Origin: Candidatus Omnitrophota bacterium
GTDB taxonomy: Bacteria > Omnitrophota > Gorgyraeia > 2-01-FULL-45-10
DNA length: 64,000 nucleotides
Assembly: GCA_020057115.1 (NCBI GenBank)
Contig: JAGVGJ010000001.1
Location: forward strand, 12,164 to 76,163
Reading direction: 5' to 3'
The notes below the pieces were generated by a model that was given only the letters and a program-made list of their open reading frames with translations, had not been told where the DNA came from and did no database searches. Made by a program: the position numbers and the translations under genes. This document shows positions 48,071 to 58,036 of this stretch, piece after piece. Within the stretch, counting starts at the first letter, position 1. Every line of letters starts with the position of its first letter.

Positions 48071-51000
48071 ATGGCAGGACCCTACAGCAGGCTATTCGAA
48101 TTCACCAGAGACGGCATATACAGCTACACGTTTGCCGACGGGAAGATACTATCCGCGAACCACGGTTTTATCAGGATCCTTGACCTCGACTGCAAGCCAC
48201 CCGAAGTCGAAGGAAGGCTCCTTAAAGACGTGATGACCTATGTCGAAAAGGAGGGTACGGTCCGGAGGCTCCTGGAAGAGAAAGGAGAACTTCATAACTA
48301 TGAATACCACTTTAAGACGCTGAAGGGCGAGGACAGGTGGGTCATCTACGATTCATTCCTTTCCGTGGATCCGGTGACCGGCGAGAGAGTGGTAGAGACG
48401 ATAGTAAAAGATATAACCGACCGTAAGAAGAAGGAAGATGAGGCCAGGCGGTACCGCGCCCATCTCGAGGAGCTTGTAAAGGAGCGCATAGAAGAGTTGA
48501 AAGCCCTCAATGAACAGTTGAGGCGCGAAGTCGCGGAGCGCAAGGAGGCGGAGGAGAGGCTTGCCAAGATAAACAGCTGCTTCCTGAAATTCGGTTCCGA
48601 CTCGCTTGAGAATATAAAGCTGTTGACAGCCCTCTTGGGCGAAACTATGGGCGCGACATGCGCCCTTTATAACCGGCTGGAAGAGGGCATGCTATGCTCT
48701 ATAGGGCAATGGAACACCCCTTCCGATTATAACGCTATCGATAAACCCGAAGGGCATTTATGCTATGACGTTATAAGGCACGGTACCGACATACCTTTCA
48801 TAGTAAATAATCTTCCGGGAACGCCTTATGCGGCTACAGATTCCAATGTAGCCAGATATAACCTGCGCACTTATGTCGGCGTGGCTGTAAAGTCCGGCGG
48901 CAGGTACATAGGCTCGCTTTGCGCTGTTTATCAGAAAGACGTCATCCTTACGGAAGACGATAAGAAGCTGATAGGGTTGATCGCCACAGCCGTGGGCATA
49001 GAGGAAGAGAGATTGAGGATGGAGGGCGACATACTTGAGTCGAAAGAGTATCTCTCCAAGATCATAAATTCTATCGGCGATCCCGTGTTCGTAAAAGACA
49101 GGCAGCATCGCCTGATACTGGTAAATGACGCCGAATGCCGTCTTGCAGGCCATTTGAGAGAAGATGTTACAGGAAAGACGGATTATGACTTCTTCCCGAA
49201 AGAGCAGGTCGACATATTCTGGAAGAAGGATGAGATGGTGTTCGAGACCGGCGAAGAGAATATAAACGAGGAGACGATCACCGATGCCCAAGGCGTGACT
49301 CACACTATCATCACGAAGAAGACGCGCTATATCGACCCGGAGGGTAATAAATTCATAGTCGGCATCATAAGGGATATAACAGACCGCAAGGCGACCGAAG
49401 AACAACTCCAACAGAACTACGATATCCAGAAAGCCGTAAACTCTCTCCTCAACCTTTCGCTAAGAGACATGCCTTTAGAGGAATTCCTTAAAAATACGCT
49501 CGACCTCATAATGTCCATCCCCAGGCTTTCGCTTGAATCGCGCGGCGGCATATTTCTGACGGAAGATCATTCTGATACCCTGAGGCTAAAGGTGCATAAC
49601 GGCCTTACCGAGCAGATACAGAAGGCATGCGGGAGCGTCCCATTCGGCAAATGTCTCTGCGGCAAGGCGGCGCTGACAAAAAAGACGCAGTTTGCCGCAT
49701 CTATCGACGAGCGTCATGAGACAACTTATGAAGGCATCATCCCTCACGGCCATTACTGCGTTCCGGTGCTATGGGCAGACAAGGTCCTCGGAGTAATAAA
49801 CTTTTACTTGAAAGAGGGGCATCCCTATAAAAAGAGTGAAGAAGATTTTCTGGTTGCCGTAGCTAACACCCTGGCCGGCGTCATAGAGCGCAAGCGCGTG
49901 GAGGAAGAACTAAAGAAGAGCGAGGCGAGTCTCGCGGAAGCCCAGAGGATAGCGCGCCTGGGGAACTGGGAGTGGGATATAAAGGCCAATAGCATAAAAT
50001 GGTCGGCCGAGGTATACCGCATATTCGGGAGAGCGCCGTCTGATTTTAACGGCACGCTCGAAGCATTCCTGGAATATATTCATCCCGCCGACAGAGGATT
50101 CGTTAAAGAAGCGTTGGATGACGCGCTGCACAAGCAAGAGAACTACTCCATAGACCACAGCATCCTGCTGCCGAACGCAGTGGAGAGGATAGTCCACGAG
50201 CAGGGAGAGATCACCTATGACGGGAACGGCGAGCCCGTGCGCATGGTAGGGACTGTCAATGACATAACCGAACGAAAGATCATGGAGGGTGAGCTCAGGA
50301 AGCATCGTGACCACCTTGAGGACTTGGTCAAGCAGCGCGCCGCCCAGATCATCGAGGTCAATGAGAGCCTCCAGCGCGAAGTCGCCGAGCGTAAGCGCGT
50401 CGAAGAGGCGTTGAGGGAGTCGGGGGAGAATTACAAGACCCTGTTCGAGCATTCTCCTATAGCGCTCTTCCAGGAAGATTGCTCCGGCATGAAGAAGTAT
50501 ATAGACAGTCTTAAGGCGACCAGCGGCGCTGACCTGAAGAAATATTTTGAAGACCATCCCGAAGTCTTAAAGGAGTGCATAGAAGCGATAAAGATAGCAG
50601 ATGCCAATAAGCAGGCCTTAATGCTTTTCGACGCGAGGGATAAAGAAGAGCTTTACAGGGCGGTCAAAAATATACTCATCGCCGATGCTTATAGCGATTT
50701 TGCGGAGGCGATCGTAGCTTCTAGCGAAGGAAAGTATGCTCTCGAACACGAGACCAGCATACATACGCTTACCGGAGCCAAGAAATATTGCACTGTCAAG
50801 ATATCGACCGTTGCGGGAAGCGAGACGACATGGGCGAAAGTATTGATATCTATGGTCGATATAACGGAGCGCAAGCTTGTAGAGGAAGCGCTCGAGATAT
50901 CGGAGGCAAACTACCGCGCCATATTCGATACGGCCAATGACGCCATATTCGTCTTTGATATTAAGACAGGGGTTATAATCGACGCCAACAGGAAGGGCTG

Positions 51001-52867
51001 CGAGATGTACTGCTATTCCAGGGACGAGATACGCTCTCTGGGCATAGACATGCTAAGTTCAGGCGAGCATATCTATACGAAAGACGGCGCGGACAGCTGG
51101 ATACAGAGAGCCTCTAACGGAGAGCCGCAGATAGTAGAGTGGCTTTCGAAAGATAAGGCCGGCCGCCTATTCTGGGTCGAGATAAACCTGCGCAGGGCCA
51201 TAGTCGGCTCCAAATACTGCCTTCTTGCGGTAGTGCGCGACATAACTGAGCGCAAAGAGTCCGAAGAGAAGCTGAGAGAGAGCGATCTCAGATTCAGGAA
51301 AGCCGTATTCGATGCGACCTTCCCGATAATGATCCATTCGGAAGACGGCGACGTCATGCTTCTCAATAAGGCCTGGACGGAATTATCCGGTTATACCCAG
51401 GAAGACATACCGACCACCTCTGTTTGGGCGGAGAAAGCCTATGGCAGTAAAAAGGCCATCGTAAAAGCCGATATCGACAAGTTGTACAAGCTGGATGAGA
51501 GGGTCAAGGAGGGCGAGTATGTCATAACCGCCAAGACCGGCGAAAAGAGGGTATGGGATTTCAGCGCCGCCCCTCTCGGGGCCCTTCCTAACGGCAAGCG
51601 TATCGTCATGTCTATGGCGATGGATATCACCGAGCGTAAGGGCGCGGAGAATCAGATCAAGGAGCTTAACAGGGAGCTCCTTAAGACGAATAACATGCTT
51701 AAGCAGCTGGCACTCAAGGATTCCCATACCGGGCTTTACGGCCACAGGTATCTGGCGGAGGCGATCCTCAAGGAATTTTCCAGGGCCAAGAGAGAGGCCA
51801 CGCCACTCTCAGTCATAATGCTCGATATCGATTATTTTAAATCGATAAACGATGTCTACGGCCATCAGTTCGGCGATATTGTTTTAAAGCAGTTCGCTGC
51901 GCACCTGAAAAAGGCGGTGCGGATATACGACATAGTCATACGTTACGGCGGAGAGGAGTTCATAATAATATCTCCGGGTTCGGACAGGGCGGGCGCCCTG
52001 GTGCTCGCCAGGAGGATATTGAATACTGTGAGCCTGGCCCGTTTTGGCGACAAAGAGCATAGCGTGAAAATGAAGATGAGCGCGGGCGCGGTCTCTTACC
52101 CGGAGGACCGGGCCGTGAAGGCCATGGACCTCGTTAATTTCGTCGACAAGATACTGAATAAGGCCAAGGAAGAAGGCGGCAACAGGGTATGCTCGTCTGT
52201 CGACATGAAGAGGCCCAAGGCATCCGTTACCATGGAAGAGGAAGAGGATATAACGGACGTAAAGCTCCTCAAAGAAAAGATAGAGAAGCTTACCAAGCGC
52301 GGCAACCAGAGCCTTATCGAGGCCATATTCGCCTTCGCGAAGACCATAGAAGTTAAGGATAATTATACGGGAGAGCATGTCGAAAAGGCCGTCCATTACG
52401 CGACCGAGATAGCCAAGGAGCTCAATCTTTCAAAGAACGAGATAGAGCTGATAAAGAAGGCCGCGGCGCTTCATGATCTCGGCAAGGTGGGGATAAGCGA
52501 TAAGATACTGCGCAAGAAGTCAAAGCTTACCGAAAAAGAGTTTGAAGAGATAAAGAGGCATTCGCAGATAGGTGTCGATATATTGAGGCCCGTCCACTTC
52601 ATGCATGACATAATACCCCTGATCCTCCACCATCATGAAAGATGGGACGGTAAAGGATATCCCGACAAGCTTAGAGGCGACGAGATACCGATCGGCGCGC
52701 GCATAATCTCCGTGTCAGACGCCTATGACGCTCTTACGTCGAACAGGCCTTACCGTAAAGCATACCGCAAGAACAAAGCCATCGAGATCATAAAGAGGGC
52801 TTCCGGGACGATGTATGACCCCAGGATCATAAATGCCTTCTTCAAAGTCCTGAAAGATGGAAAATAG
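48071..52867 (+). CDS. Large multi-domain c-di-GMP signalling protein: multiple PAS domains, GAF, coiled coils, GGDEF, HD-GYP
   Basis: 1598 aa with repeated PAS signatures, RYGGEEF (GGDEF) and HDLGKVGI...HHHERWDGKGYPD (HD-GYP). Confidence 0.85.
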   Translation: MAGPYSRLFEFTRDGIYSYTFADGKILSANHGFIRILDLDCKPPEVEGRLLKDVMTYVEKEGTVRRLLEEKGELHNYEYHFKTLKGEDRWVIYDSFLSVDPVTGERVVETIVKDITDRKKKEDEARRYRAHLEELVKERIEELKALNEQLRREVAERKEAEERLAKINSCFLKFGSDSLENIKLLTALLGETMGATCALYNRLEEGMLCSIGQWNTPSDYNAIDKPEGHLCYDVIRHGTDIPFIVNNLPGTPYAATDSNVARYNLRTYVGVAVKSGGRYIGSLCAVYQKDVILTEDDKKLIGLIATAVGIEEERLRMEGDILESKEYLSKIINSIGDPVFVKDRQHRLILVNDAECRLAGHLREDVTGKTDYDFFPKEQVDIFWKKDEMVFETGEENINEETITDAQGVTHTIITKKTRYIDPEGNKFIVGIIRDITDRKATEEQLQQNYDIQKAVNSLLNLSLRDMPLEEFLKNTLDLIMSIPRLSLESRGGIFLTEDHSDTLRLKVHNGLTEQIQKACGSVPFGKCLCGKAALTKKTQFAASIDERHETTYEGIIPHGHYCVPVLWADKVLGVINFYLKEGHPYKKSEEDFLVAVANTLAGVIERKRVEEELKKSEASLAEAQRIARLGNWEWDIKANSIKWSAEVYRIFGRAPSDFNGTLEAFLEYIHPADRGFVKEALDDALHKQENYSIDHSILLPNAVERIVHEQGEITYDGNGEPVRMVGTVNDITERKIMEGELRKHRDHLEDLVKQRAAQIIEVNESLQREVAERKRVEEALRESGENYKTLFEHSPIALFQEDCSGMKKYIDSLKATSGADLKKYFEDHPEVLKECIEAIKIADANKQALMLFDARDKEELYRAVKNILIADAYSDFAEAIVASSEGKYALEHETSIHTLTGAKKYCTVKISTVAGSETTWAKVLISMVDITERKLVEEALEISEANYRAIFDTANDAIFVFDIKTGVIIDANRKGCEMYCYSRDEIRSLGIDMLSSGEHIYTKDGADSWIQRASNGEPQIVEWLSKDKAGRLFWVEINLRRAIVGSKYCLLAVVRDITERKESEEKLRESDLRFRKAVFDATFPIMIHSEDGDVMLLNKAWTELSGYTQEDIPTTSVWAEKAYGSKKAIVKADIDKLYKLDERVKEGEYVITAKTGEKRVWDFSAAPLGALPNGKRIVMSMAMDITERKGAENQIKELNRELLKTNNMLKQLALKDSHTGLYGHRYLAEAILKEFSRAKREATPLSVIMLDIDYFKSINDVYGHQFGDIVLKQFAAHLKKAVRIYDIVIRYGGEEFIIISPGSDRAGALVLARRILNTVSLARFGDKEHSVKMKMSAGAVSYPEDRAVKAMDLVNFVDKILNKAKEEGGNRVCSSVDMKRPKASVTMEEEEDITDVKLLKEKIEKLTKRGNQSLIEAIFAFAKTIEVKDNYTGEHVEKAVHYATEIAKELNLSKNEIELIKKAAALHDLGKVGISDKILRKKSKLTEKEFEEIKRHSQIGVDILRPVHFMHDIIPLILHHHERWDGKGYPDKLRGDEIPIGARIISVSDAYDALTSNRPYRKAYRKNKAIEIIKRASGTMYDPRIINAFFKVLKDGK

Positions 52868-52905
52868 CGGCCTTCGACGTCGCTCCAGGGTGCTCTACCC
52901 CGCAT
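52866..52905. repeat. Truncated copy of the palindromic repeat element
   Basis: gcggccttcgacgtcgctccagg matches the internal right half of copies A/C. Confidence 0.5.
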
Positions 52906-52931
52906 GGATCTAAGCGCTTCCGTCTTTCGTA

Positions 52932-52960
52932 TTGACACCCTATCTTGCCCAATATATAAT
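52932..52960 (+). promoter_or_regulatory. Consensus sigma70 promoter (TTGACA-17-TATAAT) for lysS
   Basis: -35 at 52932-52937 and -10 at 52955-52960. Confidence 0.55.
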
Positions 52961-52984
52961 CGATTAAAAATATGAAGGGTAGAT

Positions 52985-54445
52985 ATGCTCGAAAATATTC
53001 AAGATAATGATCTGATAAAGCAAAGATTCGCTAAATTAGATAATATAAAGAAGGCCGGCGTGCACCCTTATGGGCAGAGGTTCGATACGACCTCGAACAT
53101 CGGGGCCCTTAAAGAGAATTTCGCGGAAGGCGCGAAGGCCGTTGTCGCAGGACGCGTAATGGCATGCCGGGAGCATGGTAAGTCCAGGTTCTACGATATA
53201 AAAGACGTCTCAGGGAAGATCCAGGCTTATGTGCAGAAGGATACTGTGGGCGAGGAGATATTCAATTTCCTGAACAATCTCGATATAGGCGATTTTATAG
53301 GCGTTGAGGGCGAGACTTTTAAGACAAGGACCGGCGAGCCGACGCTTAAAGTGACAAAGGTCGATATCCTCTCAAAGTCTTTGAGGCCGCTTCCCGAAAA
53401 GTGGCACGGGCTTACAAATGTCGAGACCAGATACCGTCAGCGCTATGTAGACCTTACCATGAATGATGATGTTAAGAAGGTCTTCGTCCTGCGGTCCAGG
53501 ATCGTATCAGAGATACGCAAGTTCCTAGACGCCAAAGGGTTTATCGAGGTCGAAACGCCGATGATGCAGTCTCTGGCCGGAGGAGCGGCGGGCAAGCCGT
53601 TCAGGACGCATCACGAGGCGCTCGGGGTCGACCTTTACTTGAGGATCGCCCCGGAGCTGTTTTTGAAGCGCCTGCTCGTAGGCGGCATGGACAGGGTATA
53701 TGAAGTCAACAGGAGCTTCCGCAATGAAGGCATCTCCACACGCCACAATCCCGAATTCACGATGCTTGAGCTCTACCAGGCCTATTCTGACTGTGAAGGC
53801 ATGATCGAGATCACCGAAGAGATGGTGACGATGCTTGTGAAAAATATCCACGGCACATTACAGATAGAATATAACGGCAAAGCAATAGATTTTTCCAAGT
53901 GGGAGAGGATATCGTTCGCCGAGCTTATGAAAGAGCAGTTCGGGATAGTTCCGGAAGATCCTGCGGCGAGCTGGGTGTCGAAGCTTAAAGCCAAGGGAAT
54001 CGCTATCGAAGGTACCGAGCCTTCGAAGACCCAGATCATAAATATCGTAGGAGAACTGATCGAACCTAAGGCGGGGAACCATCCGGTCTTCGTGGTCGAT
54101 ATGTTCAAGGAGATGTGCCCGCTTGCGAAGACCAAGAAGGATAACCCGCTCCTTACAGACCGCTTTGAGCTGTACATGGGAGGCATGGAGATCGCCAATG
54201 CCTACTCAGAGTTAAATGACCCGATCGAACAGAGGGCGAGGTTCGAGGACGAGCTCGAAGGCGCCAAGGACAAAGCCCGCAACATCGACGAGGATTTTGT
54301 CCGCGCGCTCGAGTATGGCATGCCGCCCGCGGGTGGGCTCGGCATCGGAATAGACAGGCTGGTCATGATACTTACGAATTCGCCATCCATAAGGGATGTC
54401 ATACTTTTCCCGCAGCTAAAGCCGGAAGCCCGGACAGAAGAGTGA
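52985..54445 (+). CDS. lysS: Lysyl-tRNA synthetase, class II
   Basis: 486 aa with an N-terminal OB fold and class II motifs 1-3. Confidence 0.95.
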   Translation: MLENIQDNDLIKQRFAKLDNIKKAGVHPYGQRFDTTSNIGALKENFAEGAKAVVAGRVMACREHGKSRFYDIKDVSGKIQAYVQKDTVGEEIFNFLNNLDIGDFIGVEGETFKTRTGEPTLKVTKVDILSKSLRPLPEKWHGLTNVETRYRQRYVDLTMNDDVKKVFVLRSRIVSEIRKFLDAKGFIEVETPMMQSLAGGAAGKPFRTHHEALGVDLYLRIAPELFLKRLLVGGMDRVYEVNRSFRNEGISTRHNPEFTMLELYQAYSDCEGMIEITEEMVTMLVKNIHGTLQIEYNGKAIDFSKWERISFAELMKEQFGIVPEDPAASWVSKLKAKGIAIEGTEPSKTQIINIVGELIEPKAGNHPVFVVDMFKEMCPLAKTKKDNPLLTDRFELYMGGMEIANAYSELNDPIEQRARFEDELEGAKDKARNIDEDFVRALEYGMPPAGGLGIGIDRLVMILTNSPSIRDVILFPQLKPEARTEE

Positions 54446-54446
54446 G

Positions 54447-55628
54447 ATGAACTGGCAACTGTTCGTTAGCTTCAGATATCTTACCTCAAAACGCAAAGAG
54501 AAGTTCATATCCATAATAAGCTTCATATCGATAATCGGCGTCGCCATAGGCGTCGGGGCCCTTATCATAGTCCTCGGCGTCATGAGCGGGTTCGACAGTG
54601 AGCTTAAAGAGAAGCTGATAGGCACGACTTCGCACATATCGGTCGAGTCCGAATACGGCATGGCTCCTACCGCAGAATTCCTTTCGAAGATAACCGGGAC
54701 AAAACACGTTACGGCGGCCTCCTTCTTTGTCAACGGGCAGGGGCTTATCCGGCGCAATGAGGATGCGGTCGGCGTTATATTGAAAGGCATAGTCCCGCAA
54801 GACGAAGTCAAGGTGACAAAGCTTGGCGAGTATCTGAAGCGGGGCACTCTTGATATCGGCAAGGACGGTATGGTCGTCGGAAGCGAGCTGGCTTCAAGGT
54901 TCGGCCTGAAGCTTGGCGATAAGGTCAACGTGATAACATCCGCTGAGTCGAAAGGCAAAGAGTTCCGCGTCGTCGGCGTATTCACGTCCGGCATGTATGA
55001 ATATGACGCCAACATGGCTTATATAGACATAGGCCGCGCAGAAGAGCTGTTTAACGTACCCGGCCTCGTGAGCGGGGCTACGGTGAAGATAGACGATGCC
55101 ATGAATGCCCCAGAGGTGAAGGCCTCGCTGATACAACAGATGCGCGGGCTTGCCATGGTAAGGACATGGATGGATATGAACAAGAACCTCCTGTCGGCGC
55201 TGCAGCTTGAGAAGACCGTGATGTTCATAATACTGACGCTCATAGTCATGGTCGCGTGTTTCAATATCGTAAGTACCCTCATCATGACTGTTCTCGAAAA
55301 GACGAAGGATATAGGCATCCTTAAGGCGATCGGCTCGACGAGCGGCAATGTCATGGCCATATTCGCCATGCAGGGAGCCATGATAGGGTTTTTGGGGACA
55401 GCTCTCGGGGCCGCAATAGGAGTCGCGCTCGCATGGCTGCTCAAGACATATAAATTCATAAGCCTGCCGAGCGACATATATTATATAGACAAACTTCCGG
55501 TTAAGCTGGAGCTTCAGGATATAGCGCTCGTAGTCATTTCGAGTTTTCTGATAAGCCTGGTAGCTACTGTCTACCCGTCTTACAAAGCGTCCAAGCTCGA
55601 CCCTGTAGAGGCCTTAAGATATGAGTAA
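54447..55628 (+). CDS. lolC: Lipoprotein-releasing system permease (FtsX/MacB-type)
   Basis: 393 aa with 4 TM helices and a large periplasmic loop. Confidence 0.8.
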   Translation: MNWQLFVSFRYLTSKRKEKFISIISFISIIGVAIGVGALIIVLGVMSGFDSELKEKLIGTTSHISVESEYGMAPTAEFLSKITGTKHVTAASFFVNGQGLIRRNEDAVGVILKGIVPQDEVKVTKLGEYLKRGTLDIGKDGMVVGSELASRFGLKLGDKVNVITSAESKGKEFRVVGVFTSGMYEYDANMAYIDIGRAEELFNVPGLVSGATVKIDDAMNAPEVKASLIQQMRGLAMVRTWMDMNKNLLSALQLEKTVMFIILTLIVMVACFNIVSTLIMTVLEKTKDIGILKAIGSTSGNVMAIFAMQGAMIGFLGTALGAAIGVALAWLLKTYKFISLPSDIYYIDKLPVKLELQDIALVVISSFLISLVATVYPSYKASKLDPVEALRYE

Positions 55629-56292
55629 CGCATTAGTCGCTGCAAGAGGATTATCCAAGACCTATACGAACGGCGCTAAACAGGTCAGGGCCGTGAATGG
55701 GATCGATCTCGAGATAGGAAAGGGCGAGGCGCTTGCCATAGTGGGCCCGTCGGGCGCGGGGAAGTCCACGCTCATGCATCTATTGGGCGGGCTTGATATG
55801 CCGACGCACGGGAAGGTCTTATTCGATAATGTCGATATCTACTCGCTCTCTGACAAGAACCGCGCGAAGGTGCGCAATTCGCGCGTGGGTTTCGTCTTCC
55901 AGTTCTACCATCTTCTGCCGGAGTTCACGGCTCTTGAGAATGTGATGCTTCCCGGGATGATACAAGGAGACGCTTCCATGCTTAAGGAACGGTCCGCCGG
56001 GCTTTTAAAAGCGGTCGGCCTTGAGAATCGTATGGCCCACAGGCCGGGAGAGCTTTCCGGAGGGGAGTCCCAAAGGGTGGCCATAGCAAGGGCGCTCATA
56101 AACGAACCTGCTATAATCCTTTGCGATGAACCTACGGGAAATCTTGATTCCAAGACCAGCCAGGCCATTTATGAGCTATTGATAGAATTGAAGGATAAGA
56201 AAGGCATGACCATAGTAGTTGTGACGCACGACGAAAAGCTTGCGGCAAAGATGGATCGCCAGATACATATGAGAGATGGCAAGCTGGTGTAG
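55621..56292 (+). CDS. lolD: Lipoprotein-releasing system ATP-binding protein
   Basis: Walker A GPSGAGKST, LSGGESQR, Walker B. Confidence 0.9.
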   Translation: MSNALVAARGLSKTYTNGAKQVRAVNGIDLEIGKGEALAIVGPSGAGKSTLMHLLGGLDMPTHGKVLFDNVDIYSLSDKNRAKVRNSRVGFVFQFYHLLPEFTALENVMLPGMIQGDASMLKERSAGLLKAVGLENRMAHRPGELSGGESQRVAIARALINEPAIILCDEPTGNLDSKTSQAIYELLIELKDKKGMTIVVVTHDEKLAAKMDRQIHMRDGKLV

Positions 56293-56324
56293 GGGGTAGG
56301 GGGAAAACAGGATTTACGGAGTAC

Positions 56325-56351
56325 GGCCGGAGCGATCCGGCCTTCTTTTTT
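56325..56351 (+). terminator. Rho-independent terminator after lolD
   Basis: ggccgga-gcga-tccggcc hairpin followed by ttcttttttcc. Confidence 0.65.
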
Positions 56352-56390
56352 CCAGCTTCCCCTTTAAATTTTTCGGCCTATGGATGCCAT

Positions 56391-56515
56391 TGAGGGGTAA
56401 GGTGTCCTGGAGCGACGTCGAAGGGCGCAATCTTTCAGAGAAGATTGCGCCCTTCCGAGCGAACTTTCCTCTGGAAAGAGAGCGTTCGCGCAAGGACACC
56501 TTACCCCTCAAGGGC
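56391..56515. repeat. Palindromic repeat element, copy D (same orientation as B)
   Basis: gaggggtaaggtgtcctggagcgacgtcgaag...ccgagcgaactttcc...caaggacaccttacccctc. Confidence 0.8.
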
Positions 56516-56595
56516 TTCAAGGAGCTTCCGAAAAATTATCCCTCATTCCTATTTGACATAATATGCTTTATTATATATACTTATAATACTTAATT

Positions 56596-57501
56596 ATGAC
56601 AAGTGCGGCATCAGTCAAGAAGGAGAAGACGGCTTTGAAGATATATTTTAACGGGGAGCTTATAGATAAAGAGAAGGCCTGTGTCTCGGTATTCGATCAT
56701 GGCCTCCTATACGGGGATGGGGTATTCGAGGGGATACGCACATACGGCAGCCTTGTCTTCAGGCTCAAAGAACATATCGACAGGCTCTATAAGTCAGCCG
56801 ATGCCATAGAGCTTAAGATACCGATGACCAAGCTCGAGATGATGGATGCCGTCATAATGACGCTTAAAGCCAACTCCTTAAAAGACGCGTACATAAGGCT
56901 TGTCATCACAAGAGGCCCGGGCGATCTGGGGCTTGATCCTAGAAAGTGCAAGAAGCCGACCATATTCATCATAACCGACAAGATAACGCTTTATCCGAAA
57001 GAGTTCTATCAGAAGGGCCTTGAGATAATAACAGCCACTACGCGCCGGAACCTTCCGCAGGCGCTCGATCCCAGGATAAAATCGCTCAATTATCTGAATA
57101 ATATACTCGGTAAGATCGATGCCATAAAAGCCGGGACCGTGGAAGCCATAATGCTCTCCTACGACGGCCACGTGGCGGAATGTACGGGAGACAATATCTT
57201 CATCGTTAAAAAGGGGGAGCTCATCACCCCTCCCGTAGAGGTCGGCGCGCTTGAGGGCATCACAAGGGACGCTGTTATAGACCTTGCCAAGGATCTTGAC
57301 ATGCCTTTCTATGCGAAGATGCTCAAGATGGACGATGTCTACGAGTCTGAAGAGGTGTTCCTCACCGGGACGGCGGCAGAGATAGTGCCTGTCATCAAGA
57401 TAGACGATAGAGTTATCGGGGACGGCAAGCCCGGGAAGTCCACGCTTAAGCTGACAACGGCATTCAGGGAATTGACGAAGACCGACGGAGTGAGGTATTA
57501 G
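56596..57501 (+). CDS. ilvE: Class IV aminotransferase (branched-chain amino acid / D-amino acid aminotransferase)
   Basis: 301-aa fold-type IV PLP enzyme with motifs EGIRTY and catalytic K in RNLPQALDPRIKSLNYL. Confidence 0.8.
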   Translation: MTSAASVKKEKTALKIYFNGELIDKEKACVSVFDHGLLYGDGVFEGIRTYGSLVFRLKEHIDRLYKSADAIELKIPMTKLEMMDAVIMTLKANSLKDAYIRLVITRGPGDLGLDPRKCKKPTIFIITDKITLYPKEFYQKGLEIITATTRRNLPQALDPRIKSLNYLNNILGKIDAIKAGTVEAIMLSYDGHVAECTGDNIFIVKKGELITPPVEVGALEGITRDAVIDLAKDLDMPFYAKMLKMDDVYESEEVFLTGTAAEIVPVIKIDDRVIGDGKPGKSTLKLTTAFRELTKTDGVRY

Positions 57502-57502
57502 C

Positions 57503-58036
57503 ATGCTATGCGACATATGCGGTAAAAAAGAAGCTACGGTGCATCTCACGGAGATAATAAACGAACAGATGTCAAAGCTCCATCTTTGCGAGGAGTGCGC
57601 TAAGGATAAAGGCGCCGAGATGGAAGAGCATTTCGGGCTCAACGATCTTTTGGCGGGATTGGCAGGGCTGGGGGCCTCGATCACCTCCGGCCCCGGCGTT
57701 CAGTCGACAAAAGCGGTCGAGTCGATAAAGTGTCCCGGATGCTCCTTCACGTACCAGAATTTTACTAAGATAGGAAGGTTCGGTTGCGGCGAATGTTATG
57801 ATGCGTTCAAGAAACATATCGGGCCGCTCTTAAAGAGGATACACGGCTCTGACAAGCATCTCGGAAAGGTCCCTCTTACGGCCGGAAAGACGCCCAAGGA
57901 TACGAAGAACATGCAGGAGCTGAGAGCGAAGCTTGATAAGGCGATCCAGTCCGAAGAGTTCGAAGAGGCGGCCAGGTTAAGGGATAAGATAAAAGAGCTT
58001 GATCTGAAGACCGGCTCCGATAAAGGTCAAAAATGA
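57503..58036 (+). CDS. mcsA: McsA-like protein (zinc fingers plus UVR domain)
   Basis: CxxC...CxxC pairs (CDICGK...CEECA; CPGCSF...CGECYDAF) and a UVR motif (EEFEEAARLRDKIKEL). Confidence 0.75.
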   Translation: MLCDICGKKEATVHLTEIINEQMSKLHLCEECAKDKGAEMEEHFGLNDLLAGLAGLGASITSGPGVQSTKAVESIKCPGCSFTYQNFTKIGRFGCGECYDAFKKHIGPLLKRIHGSDKHLGKVPLTAGKTPKDTKNMQELRAKLDKAIQSEEFEEAARLRDKIKELDLKTGSDKGQK

